Shown piece by piece: positions 9,782 to 19,124 of a stretch of DNA of 64,000 nt. The DNA comes from Burkholderiales bacterium (lineage in GTDB: Bacteria > Pseudomonadota > Gammaproteobacteria > Burkholderiales > Casimicrobiaceae). The stretch is from assembly GCA_031409935.1 (NCBI GenBank), contig JANNYE010000050.1, positions 3,478 to 67,477 on the forward strand. Reading direction: 5' to 3'. How positions within the stretch are numbered: the stretch's first letter is position 1; the number at the start of each line of letters is the position of its first letter. The position numbers were made by a program, and so were the translations under genes. A model generated the notes under the pieces. It saw only the letters and a list, made by a program, of their open reading frames with translations. It was not told where the DNA came from and made no database searches.

Positions 9782-10213
9782 ATGGCTCAAAAATCTGATT
9801 TCTCGTTCTTCCACTCGTTGCGCGTGCGCTGGGCGGAGGTCGATTTGCAGCGCGTGGTTTTTAACGGCAATTACTTGCTGTATTTTGATGTGGCGTTCAC
9901 CGAATATTGGCGCGCCACAGGCTTGCCGCAGCCGCTCGAACTTCATCGCACCGGCAGCGAGCTATTTGCGCGCAAAGCACAGATCGAATATCACGCCTCG
10001 GCCGGGTTCGATGATGTGCTCGACATCGGGGTGCGCTGCGCCAAACTCGGGCGCAGCAGCATGACGTTCAACATCGCGATTTTTCGCGGTGACGAGCACT
10101 TGATTGACGGTGAGCTTGTATACGTTTACGCCGACGCCCACGCCAAAAAATCAGTGGTGATTCCGGATGCGTGGCGTGAGCGGTTGCGCGAGATGGACGC
10201 GCACTCGACTTAG
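9782..10213 (+). CDS. Acyl-CoA thioesterase (YbgC/FadM hot-dog fold)
   Basis: LRVRWAEVDLQRVVFNGNYLLYFD motif. Confidence 0.9.
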   Translation: MAQKSDFSFFHSLRVRWAEVDLQRVVFNGNYLLYFDVAFTEYWRATGLPQPLELHRTGSELFARKAQIEYHASAGFDDVLDIGVRCAKLGRSSMTFNIAIFRGDEHLIDGELVYVYADAHAKKSVVIPDAWRERLREMDAHST

Positions 10214-10372
10214 CTCAGCACATGCGACTGGCATCATTTAGTAGCGCTTTTCGTCTTAACCACTACAAACTCAACGTCGGGCGCACACCTTCGTGCAACA
10301 CTAGCGATGATGTCCGCTTAGTCTGCACGGGGCGCAGCGGGGCCCGGTCGAAACTTCACAACGAGGAACACA

Positions 10373-11476
10373 ATGACAATGTTGCACCTTTCAAGCCCGC
10401 TCGCGCTGGCGCGGCGCTACGTAACGGTCGCCGCCTGTGGCCTGCTGGCGCTCACCGCCAGCACCCCCTGCATGGCGCAGCTTATGTACGCTTACACCGC
10501 TTACGCTCCCGCCCAGCCCAGCCGCCTCATCAGCTTCAATGTCGGGAGTTCCGCCACGCTACTTTCAAACGTGTTTGTTACCGGGCTCGGTGCCAACGAA
10601 CGCCTTAAAGGGATTGACATCCGTCCCTCAACCGGCCAGCTCTATGCGGTAGCGGTCACCAGCGGCAGCAACGCCGCACGCGTACTCACCCTCAACACGC
10701 AAACCGGTGCAGCCACGCAAGTCGCGCCCTCGTCGACCACATTGCCGGCATCGCAGTTTTTCGGCATGAGTTTTGCGCCGGGATTGCCCGAAACCATTCG
10801 CATGATCTCCTACAACACTGGCGACAACCAACGACTAAACGCGATCACTGGTGCACTCATCAGTAACGATTCTGCGCTTAGCTACGTCGCTACTGACCCC
10901 AATTATTTCGTCCCTCCCATCATCGCCAACATCGCCTATACCAACAGCTCAATCGACGCCAGAGCGACCACGTTGTACGCCATTGACACCCGAGGCACCA
11001 ACAGTGTGCTCGCGCGCATCGGCAACGTGAACGACAGCGGAACCTCAGCAAATTTCGGTAACTTGACCACAATCGGCTCGCTCGGCATCACTCCCGCAAC
11101 CGTGGTCGGCGGTTTTGATATTCAGGCGGGTACCGGCTATGCGTTCGCGGCATTGAGCACTAATGGCACCAGCTCAAATCTATACCTCATCAATTTAACA
11201 ACCGGCGCTGCATTCTTTATGGCACCGATTGGCGACAGCACCACGTTGGTTGATGGGCTGGCTGTCACGAGCAATCGATCAGCATGCCTGGATCTTGACG
11301 GTGATGGTTTGGTGTTGCCGACAACCGACGGCTTGATGTGGTTGCGGGCGTTGATGGGCATGACCGGCACGGCCGTCACCAGCGGCGCACTACCCACGCC
11401 GGCCCCACCGCGCGCCACGTGGGCGGCGATTCAAGCATTTTTGAACAACACCTGCGGCACCAGCTTCGCGCCGTAG
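10373..11476 (+). CDS. Secreted DUF4394-like protein with a C-terminal dockerin-like module
   Basis: Signal peptide; GIDIRPSTGQLYA, IAYTNS, TTLYAID, GFDI; C-terminal CLDLDGDG...TDGLMWLRALMG...NTCG. Confidence 0.75.
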   Translation: MTMLHLSSPLALARRYVTVAACGLLALTASTPCMAQLMYAYTAYAPAQPSRLISFNVGSSATLLSNVFVTGLGANERLKGIDIRPSTGQLYAVAVTSGSNAARVLTLNTQTGAATQVAPSSTTLPASQFFGMSFAPGLPETIRMISYNTGDNQRLNAITGALISNDSALSYVATDPNYFVPPIIANIAYTNSSIDARATTLYAIDTRGTNSVLARIGNVNDSGTSANFGNLTTIGSLGITPATVVGGFDIQAGTGYAFAALSTNGTSSNLYLINLTTGAAFFMAPIGDSTTLVDGLAVTSNRSACLDLDGDGLVLPTTDGLMWLRALMGMTGTAVTSGALPTPAPPRATWAAIQAFLNNTCGTSFAP

Positions 11477-11527
11477 CGAAGCGACGTATAGCGCGTATGC
11501 GCGGCGCGAGTGACGAATCGTTGGGCA

Positions 11528-11550
11528 ATCGCCGCTTTCGCCGCTCCTAC
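11528..11550. repeat. Single REP arm (GTAG family)
   Basis: ATCGCCGCTTTCGCCGCTCCTAC matches the right arm of the other REP doublets. Confidence 0.6.
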
Positions 11551-11557
11551 GGCAAAG

Positions 11558-12331
11558 CTAAACCCCCGCCGTCATCCCGCCGTCCACATACAGAATGTGG
11601 CCGTTGACAAAATCGCTCGCGGGGGCGGCGAGAAAAATAATCGCGCCTTTCAGTTCATCGACATTGCCCCAGCGGCCCGCAGGCGTGCGCTGTTTCAGCC
11701 AACCCGTGAACTCGGGGTTTTGCACCAGCGCTTGTGTGAGTTCGGTGTCGAAATAGCCCGGCCCTAAACCGTTGACCTGAATGCCGTGCTTGGCCAGCTC
11801 CACGCATAGGCCTTTGGTGAGCATTTTCAGCGCGCCTTTGGTGGCGGTGTACGGCACGATGCTGGCGCGGCCTAGCTCTGCGTTCACCGAGCACACGTTG
11901 ATGATTTTGCCGCGACCACGGGGCTGCATGTGCCGCACTACCGCTTGGCTGACGGCGAATGCGCTGGTGACGTTGGTATCCATCAAACGCTGAAAATCTG
12001 CCAACGGAAAATCGCTGAACGCCCCGCGAATTTGAATCCCGGTATTGTTCACCAAGATATCGATTGCTCCGATCTCGCACTCAATGGCATCGATGTTTGC
12101 TTGCGTGTTGGCGTGATCGGTGACGTCAAACGCACGCGCCGAGGCGTGCACGTCGCGCGCTGTAAATTGCGCTGCCACGCGCTCGCATTTAGCCGCGTCG
12201 CGACCGTTGATGATGACATGCGCGCCCGCGCTCGCCAGTGCCTCGGCAAGCGCTAAGCCAATACCTTGCGATGAGCCTGTAATGAGGGCGCGTTTGCCAG
12301 TTAAGTCGAAGAGTGGGTGCGATGTAGTCAT
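11558..12331 (-). CDS. idnO: Gluconate 5-dehydrogenase (SDR)
   Basis: LFDLTGKRALITGSSQGIG, YTATKGA, GPGYFDTELT, RTPAGRWG; divergent from idnD. Confidence 0.85.
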   Translation of the reverse strand: MTTSHPLFDLTGKRALITGSSQGIGLALAEALASAGAHVIINGRDAAKCERVAAQFTARDVHASARAFDVTDHANTQANIDAIECEIGAIDILVNNTGIQIRGAFSDFPLADFQRLMDTNVTSAFAVSQAVVRHMQPRGRGKIINVCSVNAELGRASIVPYTATKGALKMLTKGLCVELAKHGIQVNGLGPGYFDTELTQALVQNPEFTGWLKQRTPAGRWGNVDELKGAIIFLAAPASDFVNGHILYVDGGMTAGV

Positions 12332-12572
12332 GGTGCAAATGTAGCGTGGACGCAAAACGCGCAGGGTGGAACGCTTGCGGTTACGCCTCGTTTAACCGGC
12401 GGAGGCATTTAAGTGGCTTGCCGTGGTGAGCTGCCTCATTCGGCGGAGCCGCTAGCGTTGCGCACTACGGCGCACCGTCACAATGATTGAATCGCCACGG
12501 AGAGCGCGTCTGCAAACCGCTACAGTTACAGGCAGCAACTCAAGCAAGCAAGTAAAAAACAAGGAGCCCACG

Positions 12573-13610
12573 ATGTTGATGGCAATGCTTTACGGCGCAA
12601 AAGACCTGCGCCTGGAACGCGGTGAAGACCCGGTGGTTGGGCCCGGACAAGTGAAGATTCGCTTTGGTGCGGGTGGCATTTGCGGCAGCGATTTGTCGTA
12701 TTACGGCAAGGGTCGGATTGGCGATTTTTCGCTGAAGCAACCGCTGTGTCTGGGCCATGAAGTGTCGGGTGAAGTCGATGAGGTCGGCGCAGGCGTGACG
12801 CGGGTGAAAAAAGGCGATCGGGTGGCGATCAATCCGAACCAGCCGTGCCGCGTCTGCCGCACCTGCATGGCGGGCAAGGGCAACCTGTGTTTGAAGATGA
12901 ATTTTTACGGCAGCGCGGCGGTGTTTCCGCATATTCAGGGCGTGTTTCGTGAGGTGATTGTGGCCACCGAAGCGCAGTGTTTTGTGGTGCCGCAGTCGTG
13001 CGATTTTCGGACCGCGGCAATGGCTGAGCCGCTGGCGGTGGCGCTGCATGCGGTGCGCCGTGCGGGGTCTCTGGTGGGAAAAAGCGTGCTGGTCACCGGC
13101 GTCGGCCCGATTGGCAGCCTGCTGGTGCTGGCCGCCAAGCGCGCCGGGGCGGCGCACATCGCAGTGACCGATGTAGCGGATGCCGCATTAAAACGTGCCG
13201 AAAAATTGGGTGTTGACGAGGCCGTGAACGCGGTGACTGCGCCAGAAAAAGTGGAGGCGTGGTACGCCAGCAAAGGCACTTTTGACGTGAGTTTTGAATG
13301 TTCGGGCAACGCCACCGCTATCGCCTCGGCGATCATGGCCACCGCATCTGGCGGATGCGTGGTGCAGGTGGGTATGCTCGGCGTGCCCACGGCTGAGATC
13401 GCGGTTAACCGGTTCGTGTCGCGCGAAGTGGATTTGCTCGGCGCATTTCGCTTTGATGCGGAATATGGCGCTGCCGTACATGAGCTTGCATCGGGGGCCA
13501 TCGATGTCTGCGCGCTGCTCACCCACAGCTACAAAATGAGCGCGGCCAATGATGCGTTTTTGATGGCGGCAGATCGCAGTCAGTCGATGAAAGTGCACTT
13601 GACGTTTTGA
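12573..13610 (+). CDS. idnD: L-idonate 5-dehydrogenase (Zn-dependent)
   Basis: GGICGSDL, GHE, Zn cysteine cluster, FYGSAAVFPHIQG, GAFRF; AAGGAG RBS. Confidence 0.85.
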   Translation: MLMAMLYGAKDLRLERGEDPVVGPGQVKIRFGAGGICGSDLSYYGKGRIGDFSLKQPLCLGHEVSGEVDEVGAGVTRVKKGDRVAINPNQPCRVCRTCMAGKGNLCLKMNFYGSAAVFPHIQGVFREVIVATEAQCFVVPQSCDFRTAAMAEPLAVALHAVRRAGSLVGKSVLVTGVGPIGSLLVLAAKRAGAAHIAVTDVADAALKRAEKLGVDEAVNAVTAPEKVEAWYASKGTFDVSFECSGNATAIASAIMATASGGCVVQVGMLGVPTAEIAVNRFVSREVDLLGAFRFDAEYGAAVHELASGAIDVCALLTHSYKMSAANDAFLMAADRSQSMKVHLTF

Positions 13611-13614
13611 TCGG

Positions 13615-13639
13615 CTCCCTCTCCCTCGGGGAGAGGGAG
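13615..13639. repeat. Short CTCCCTCTCCC/GGGAGAGGGAG hairpin (half of the CCCTCCCCC-type repeat)
   Basis: Perfect stem CTCCCTCTCCC-TCG-GGGAGAGGGAG. Confidence 0.6.
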
Positions 13640-13664
13640 TTAGAACCACTCCTACAATATCTCT

Positions 13665-14330
13665 ATGCTTGAAACCATCACCCTCGATCCCCCCTCCCCC
13701 GCCACCGCCTGCGTTATCTGGATGCACGGCTTGGGTGCCGACGGCAACGACTTCGTGCCGATGGTGCCGGAGTTGGGCTTGCCGCGTGAGCACAGCGTGC
13801 GATTTGTGTTTCCGAACGCACCTACGATGCCGGTCACCATCAACGGCGGCTACGTGATGCGGGCGTGGTACGACATTGCCTCAGCCGAGCTTGACAAACG
13901 CGCGGACGAGGCGGGCGTGCGGCGCAGCCAAGCGGCCATTGTCGAGCTGATTGATGACCAAATCAGCAAAGGCATCGCGTCGCACCGGATCGTGCTCGCG
14001 GGCTTTTCGCAAGGCGGCGTCATCGCGCTGCAAACGGGGCTGCGTTACCCAGCAAAACTAGGCGGCATCATGGCGCTGTCGACCTATCTCGCCTGCGCTG
14101 AAACGCTGGGCGCTGAGGCATCAGCGAACAACCGCAACCTGCCGATTTTCATGGCGCACGGCTCGATGGATCCGGTGATTTCTATCGCGCTGGCCAAGCT
14201 CTCCAAAGGCCGATTGGAGACGCACGGCTACAAGATCGACTGGCGCGAATACGGTATGCCGCATTCGGTGTGCGCCGAGGAGATTGACCACATCGCCGCA
14301 TTTCTGAAACGCACGTTGCTGACCGCTTAA
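13665..14330 (+). CDS. Carboxylesterase / phospholipase (alpha/beta hydrolase)
   Basis: HGLGADG, MRAWYDI, GFSQGG, HGSMD, MPHSV. Confidence 0.92.
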   Translation: MLETITLDPPSPATACVIWMHGLGADGNDFVPMVPELGLPREHSVRFVFPNAPTMPVTINGGYVMRAWYDIASAELDKRADEAGVRRSQAAIVELIDDQISKGIASHRIVLAGFSQGGVIALQTGLRYPAKLGGIMALSTYLACAETLGAEASANNRNLPIFMAHGSMDPVISIALAKLSKGRLETHGYKIDWREYGMPHSVCAEEIDHIAAFLKRTLLTA

Positions 14331-14335
14331 AAAGC

Positions 14336-15277
14336 ATGCTGACGGCACTGCTCGCGGAGCTTAAAAACGGCGACGCGCGCCGCCTTGCGTGGGCGATTGG
14401 CTCTCCATCATTGTTCGACGCAAATAACGCGGCATGGCAGGGCCGCTTGCGCTCTGACGCTTGGTCGGCATGCGAGCTTGAGCGCTGCGCTGATTGGTTG
14501 CAGCAAATTGACCGTGAGCCCAGCGCGCTGCAAGCGCTGCTCGGCGACCCACTGGTGAACACGCCACTCGGTCACACCTTCGAGAAATTCGTGCTGCACT
14601 GGCAGGCCGCGCGGCCCGATGTGCACAAGGCCACGCGCGGACTGATGGTCAGAACGGCAGGCCGCACGGTGGGCGAATTTGACATCGTTTTGCTGCGCCA
14701 TGACGGGGTGATTGAGACACTGGAGGTGACGGTGAAGTACTACCTGAACCTGCATCCCGCGCTCGGCATCACCGGCTGTTTTGGGCCGCGTGCGTTTGAT
14801 CGGATGACCGAGAAATACGCCAAGATGACCACTCGGCAGACCGATCTAGGACACACCGACGCGGGGCGCTTGGCGATCTGTCGTTGGCTTGAAATGTCGT
14901 GTGGCGTGCAACAGTCGCCCGACGCGCTGGTGGTTGAAAACTATGCGCTGGCTCGGGGTTATGTGTTTCATCCGTCGCCGGAGGCTTCGCTGCCGGTTGA
15001 GCTTTCGCCGCAGCACGGTCGCGGGTTGTGGCAAACCGATGAGCATGCCTTGCCCGAGGATTCATTGCACGTGTGGCGCAATTTATCGAGCCGCGAATGG
15101 TTAGGGCCGTATCAAGGTCTGGCCCCCGAGAGCGGCTGGCCGAACGATCCGGCGATGCCAAGGATGTACGCGCGCTTGATTCCGCACTGCGCGATGTGGA
15201 CAGAAACCGAGCGGCGATTTGTAGTGCGCGCTGAGTCGGGGTTATTGAAGCATGAGACGGTGACGCTGGGCGCGTAG
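14336..15277 (+). CDS. DUF1853 family protein
   Basis: LGHTFE, TVGEFDIV, LEVTVKYY motifs. Confidence 0.75.
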   Translation: MLTALLAELKNGDARRLAWAIGSPSLFDANNAAWQGRLRSDAWSACELERCADWLQQIDREPSALQALLGDPLVNTPLGHTFEKFVLHWQAARPDVHKATRGLMVRTAGRTVGEFDIVLLRHDGVIETLEVTVKYYLNLHPALGITGCFGPRAFDRMTEKYAKMTTRQTDLGHTDAGRLAICRWLEMSCGVQQSPDALVVENYALARGYVFHPSPEASLPVELSPQHGRGLWQTDEHALPEDSLHVWRNLSSREWLGPYQGLAPESGWPNDPAMPRMYARLIPHCAMWTETERRFVVRAESGLLKHETVTLGA

Positions 15278-15315
15278 CGTTGGGCTCGCGAGCAGCCGCG
15301 CACTACACAGACCGC

Positions 15316-15376
15316 GGTAGCGGCGCAAGCCGCGAAAGCCGCACGTGAAAGCCTTCGCGGCTTGAGCCGCTCCTAC
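15316..15376. repeat. REP doublet (GTAG family)
   Basis: GCGGCGCAAGCCGCGA ... TCGCGGCTTGAGCCGCTCCTAC between convergent genes. Confidence 0.75.
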
Positions 15377-15389
15377 AGCGACACTGCGG

Positions 15390-16628
15390 CTACGTCGTCG
15401 CCACCTTCAGCGCTTCAATTTGCGCATCACTCTTACCCAAAACCTCGCGCAACACGTCAACGGTGCTTGACCCTTTCACCGGTGGCGCATGGCGATACGT
15501 CACAGGCGTGTCGCTCATCCGAATCGGGCTCTTCACCATCGCCACGTTGCCGCCGCCCTGCCCGGGCGGACGCTGCATGTCGAGCCGCAGTTCGCGGTGT
15601 TGAACTTGCGGATGCGCGAACACTTGGTCATAGGTGTTGATCGGCGCGTGTGGAATTCCTAGGCTTGCGAATTTGTCCAGCCAGAACGCGGTGGTTTGCG
15701 CAGTGAGAATCGCTTCCATGTCCACGACCAGTTGCGTGCGATGCGCGTTGCGGTCTTTCATCTCAAGATACTCCGGACGAAACGCCATTTCCGCCGCGCC
15801 CATCGCATCACACAATTTTCGCCATTGGCCGTCGTTACCTGCACCCACGATCATGTAGCCGTCGGCCGTTTTGAAGGACTGATAGGGCGCCAAGTTCACA
15901 TGCGCATTGCCCACGCGCTGCGGCTGCTTGCCGGTAATGAAGTAGGTGGCAATTTGGTTCGACGCAAATTGCACCACCGTGTCGAGCAGCGCAATGTCGA
16001 TGTGCTGGCCGCGTCCGGTACCGTGGCGCGCTTCAATCGCGGCGAGGATAGCAATGGTCGCGTTGAGGCCCGAGAGCACATCGGTCACCGCAATCACTAC
16101 CTTCACCGGCCCGCCGCCGGGGCCGCCTTGGTCGATGTCGGTATGACCGTTAATCGCCATCAAGCCGCCCTCGGCCTGACACAGCAAGTCGTAGCCCGGA
16201 CGATGCGCATACGGCCCATCTTGGCCGTACGCCGTGATCGAGCAATACACGAGCTTCGGGTTGATTTTGCGAAGCGCGTCGTAGTCGAGGCCGTAGCGCA
16301 TCAGGTCGCCGAGCTTGTAATTCTCGACGAGGATGTCGCATTTTGTGGCGAGTTCGCGCAGCAGCGCTTGACCTTCAGGCTTGGAAATATCCACCGTCAT
16401 CGAGCGCTTGTTTCGATTGCAGCTTGAAAAATACGCGGAGTCCGTCGTCGCGTTACCGTCGCCATCAGTGAGCCACGCGGGCCCCCATGCACGCGTATCG
16501 TCGCCGGTGTCCGGTCGCTCGATTTTGATGACATCCGCGCCCAAGTCCCCAAGTGTTTGCGTACACCAAGGCCCCGCCAACACACGGGTGAGATCGAGAA
16601 CACGAAGATGCGCAAGCGGGCCAGCCAT
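15390..16628 (-). CDS. CaiB/BaiF family III CoA-transferase
   Basis: LDLTRVLAGP, GDDTRAWGP, NRNKRS, PGYD. Confidence 0.93.
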   Translation of the reverse strand: MAGPLAHLRVLDLTRVLAGPWCTQTLGDLGADVIKIERPDTGDDTRAWGPAWLTDGDGNATTDSAYFSSCNRNKRSMTVDISKPEGQALLRELATKCDILVENYKLGDLMRYGLDYDALRKINPKLVYCSITAYGQDGPYAHRPGYDLLCQAEGGLMAINGHTDIDQGGPGGGPVKVVIAVTDVLSGLNATIAILAAIEARHGTGRGQHIDIALLDTVVQFASNQIATYFITGKQPQRVGNAHVNLAPYQSFKTADGYMIVGAGNDGQWRKLCDAMGAAEMAFRPEYLEMKDRNAHRTQLVVDMEAILTAQTTAFWLDKFASLGIPHAPINTYDQVFAHPQVQHRELRLDMQRPPGQGGGNVAMVKSPIRMSDTPVTYRHAPPVKGSSTVDVLREVLGKSDAQIEALKVATT

Positions 16629-16660
16629 AATTCAGGTCAAGTTTTGTCGAAGCATCCATT

Positions 16661-16969
16661 ATGAGTTACTACAAACACCACGTTTTCTTTTGCACCAACG
16701 AACGCGACGACGGTCGCGCGTCCTGCGGTGAGCGTTGCGCGGGCGACCTGCGCGATTACGCCAAGAAAAAATGCAAGTCGCTCGGTTTGTCAGGCCAGGG
16801 CAAAGTGCGCGTGAACAATGCTGGCTGTCTTGATCGCTGTGAAGAAGGGCCGATCATCGTTGTCTACCCCGAAGAGGTCTGGTATCACTACGAAACCGAA
16901 GCCGATGTTGATGAAATCATCAGCGAGCATTTGCAGGGTGGGCGCGTGGTGGAGCGGTTGCAGATTTAG
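16661..16969 (+). CDS. Thioredoxin-like [2Fe-2S] ferredoxin
   Basis: HVFFCTNER...SC...GCLDRCEEGP..VYPE..WY. Confidence 0.9.
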   Translation: MSYYKHHVFFCTNERDDGRASCGERCAGDLRDYAKKKCKSLGLSGQGKVRVNNAGCLDRCEEGPIIVVYPEEVWYHYETEADVDEIISEHLQGGRVVERLQI

Positions 16970-16982
16970 CGGTAGCGCGGTC

Positions 16983-17054
16983 GTAGGAGCGGCGAAAGCC
17001 GCGAAAAATTCGTCTAACCTGGCAGGTAATCATCGCGGCTTTCGCCGCTCCCAC
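16983..17054. repeat. REP doublet (GTAG/GTGG family)
   Basis: GTAGGAGCGGCGAAAGCCGCGA ... TCGCGGCTTTCGCCGCTCCCAC. Confidence 0.85.
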
Positions 17055-17088
17055 AAAGCAACGCCGACTCACGGCTCGCTCATGCAAT

Positions 17089-17517
17089 TCAGCGCACGTC
17101 TTCCTGCCAAGGATTGATCACCGTGAGCCCAGCAGCAACAAAAGGAGCCGCGTCTCGCGTGGCGATGGTTAGGCCATTTGCGGCAGCGGTCGCAGCAATG
17201 TAGCCATCGGCAACCCCGATGCTCTGACCAGCGGCACGGGCACGCGCCCGCAGCAGCGCGTAGGCTTGCGACGCGTTCGCATCAAACAGCAGGATGCGGC
17301 CCCTGAATAGCGGCACCACGCGCTCTTCGACTTGTCGATGCAGGCTGTCCTTACGCCGCCCCGATGGCAATGCGGCGATGCCAAATCTCAGCTCGGCTAG
17401 ACTAATGGCGGCTAAAAACAGCGTTTCGACATTCTGCGCGTCAATCCATGACACCACCGCTGGCTCGGGTGCCACCCGCAACGGTTCGGAGATGACGTTG
17501 GTGTCAATCAGAATCAT
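17089..17517 (-). CDS. vapC: PIN-domain toxin (FitB/StbB/VapC)
   Basis: MILIDTNVISE, ADGYIAATA, ATRD, INPW. Confidence 0.93.
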   Translation of the reverse strand: MILIDTNVISEPLRVAPEPAVVSWIDAQNVETLFLAAISLAELRFGIAALPSGRRKDSLHRQVEERVVPLFRGRILLFDANASQAYALLRARARAAGQSIGVADGYIAATAAANGLTIATRDAAPFVAAGLTVINPWQEDVR

Positions 17518-17526
17518 TCAAAAGCA

Positions 17527-17766
17527 TCATTCAAAACTGAGCGGCTCAGACGGCACCGTCTCACGTTGGATATTGAGGTCAACTCCACCGACCTCCCGAC
17601 CAATCTCCGCCAACAGTGTGCCGAGCAGCAGTCGTCCGCCCGGACGAACGGCGTTTTCAAGAATGAGCCGCACCTCAGCCTCGGCGCTGCGCCCAGCCAT
17701 CGATGCCCGAACTCGCAACGCGCGGTGCAGCTCAGTGGTGAGATTGCGGACAGTGATTGATGGCAT
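17527..17766 (-). CDS. FitA/StbC-like ribbon-helix-helix antitoxin
   Basis: MPSITVRNL...HRALRVRA..GRSAEAEVRLIL. Confidence 0.9.
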   Translation of the reverse strand: MPSITVRNLTTELHRALRVRASMAGRSAEAEVRLILENAVRPGGRLLLGTLLAEIGREVGGVDLNIQRETVPSEPLSFE

Positions 17767-17788
17767 AAATGCACTCGCTACAAATGAT

Positions 17789-17816
17789 TGCAATGATGGC
17801 ATTATATAAGATTGCA
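17789..17816. promoter_or_regulatory. Probable autoregulatory operator of the FitAB-like pair
   Basis: TGCAATGA-N12-AGATTGCA imperfect inverted repeat just upstream of the antitoxin start; same layout as the Neisseria FitAB site (TGCTATCA-N12-TGATAGCA). Confidence 0.6.
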
Positions 17817-17925
17817 ATCAACACTCCCAGAGATGCGTTTGGGCGGAGCCAATCGTTGCCTAGGCGCAATTAGCGGTGCAGGTGCCTGACGGGTTACGGG
17901 CGGTGTCGGACGATTGACTCGGCAA

Positions 17926-18021
17926 TTTGTAGGGTGGGCAGCCTGTGCCCACCTTCGCTGCGCAGATGCGGATGGATTTGTTTGCTAAAGTTTGGTGGGC
18001 AGACGCTGCCCACCCTACAAA
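17926..18021. repeat. REP doublet, second family (GTAGGGTGGGCA)
   Basis: TTTGTAGGGTGGGCAGCCTGTGCCCACC ... GGTGGGCAGACGCTGCCCACCCTACAAA. Confidence 0.85.
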
Positions 18022-18023
18022 AT

Positions 18024-18989
18024 CTACGGCGTCGGCACACAAAACTTGACGCCTTCTCCGTCCCAACCCAGAGCGACGAAGTTGTTGTAAATCGTCAGGC
18101 TCGTCGTGAATCGATGATTCGGATCATCGGGGAACCGCGCGTTGCCACGAAAAACTCGGTAGACCGGGCGTTGCCCTGCGGCGCATGCGCCCGTAGTTAC
18201 GGGTACGAAAGCATACGAATTCACGCCTTCGTTGACTGGCAATTGGGGCGCTGGCGTGTTGGTCGGGTTGAGCGCTGTTACAGCCGCTATTTCGGAGTCA
18301 ACCACGGTGTAGAAATGGCTGCCTCTCGACTGGCCAACCGCAACGCGATCAAAGTAGAAGCGCGTGATGCCGTGGGTTCCCGCGAACGGAGCGGGGTAGA
18401 CCGGAAAACTCTCCCCCGTGCGAATGAACGCTGGAACCTTGTCAAGCAAAGCGATATCGCTCTGGCTTGCGGTGATGAAGTAATAGTTGAGGGCCGTGTG
18501 CAGAAATTCGACCATCGGAACCGACGGGGGCACGAAGCCCGGGGGCGTCGAGCTGAGGACGTAAGGAACGTCAATAGAAGCAGAATTACTTTCGATGCTG
18601 ACGTAGTAGTTGCCAGCCGTCAAACTTACTGTTTTCGTCCCACCCACTAGATCTGATCTGGCGACGGTAAAGTCGAGTAAAGCAATATTGGTGGCGTAAT
18701 CCCACAGCCTTACGCGCCATCCTTGGAAGCTGCTGCCACCAGCACTCTGCGGCTTCAAGCGCAACGTGATATTGCCGGGACTCGTCAGGTTTAAGCGAAA
18801 GTAGTCAGCAGTATCGGTAGGCGTGCTGGAACTAATTTTCCCCACATATTCAGTGCCTAACGCAATGGCCTGCGCCGTGGCTGGCGTGTTGTTCAGCTCA
18901 ATTTCGCCAACCTGCGCCACAGCGGCTGAAAGAAAGCAGAAAAGGCCGAAAAGCGCGCCGAAAAGCGCGCCGAAAAGATAACGTGACAA
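18024..18989 (-). CDS. Secreted protein: PPC-like domain plus C-terminal DUF5648-like domain
   Basis: Signal peptide; EIELNNT...DTADYF; VEFLHTALNYYFIT, SHFYT, PNHRFTT, GWDGEGVKFC. Confidence 0.75.
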   Translation of the reverse strand: MSRYLFGALFGALFGLFCFLSAAVAQVGEIELNNTPATAQAIALGTEYVGKISSSTPTDTADYFRLNLTSPGNITLRLKPQSAGGSSFQGWRVRLWDYATNIALLDFTVARSDLVGGTKTVSLTAGNYYVSIESNSASIDVPYVLSSTPPGFVPPSVPMVEFLHTALNYYFITASQSDIALLDKVPAFIRTGESFPVYPAPFAGTHGITRFYFDRVAVGQSRGSHFYTVVDSEIAAVTALNPTNTPAPQLPVNEGVNSYAFVPVTTGACAAGQRPVYRVFRGNARFPDDPNHRFTTSLTIYNNFVALGWDGEGVKFCVPTP

Positions 18990-19066
18990 CTACAAAAGTC
19001 GCACTTTTATGTTTCCCAAGGTGACGGTCAATGGAGGAAGAGAAAGCGGTAATAGGCTGACTAACA

Positions 19067-19120
19067 GTGAATAAATCTCCCCGCCCCAAGGGGCGGGGAA
19101 TTCAACTCCAAGAGATTGAA
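19067..19120. mobile_element. Short hairpin element resembling IS200/IS605-type ends (non-autonomous remnant)
   Basis: GTGAATAAATC-TCCCCGCCCC-AA-GGGGCGGGGA-ATTC...AAGAGATTGAA; no transposase nearby. Confidence 0.4.
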
Positions 19121-19124
19121 CTTG

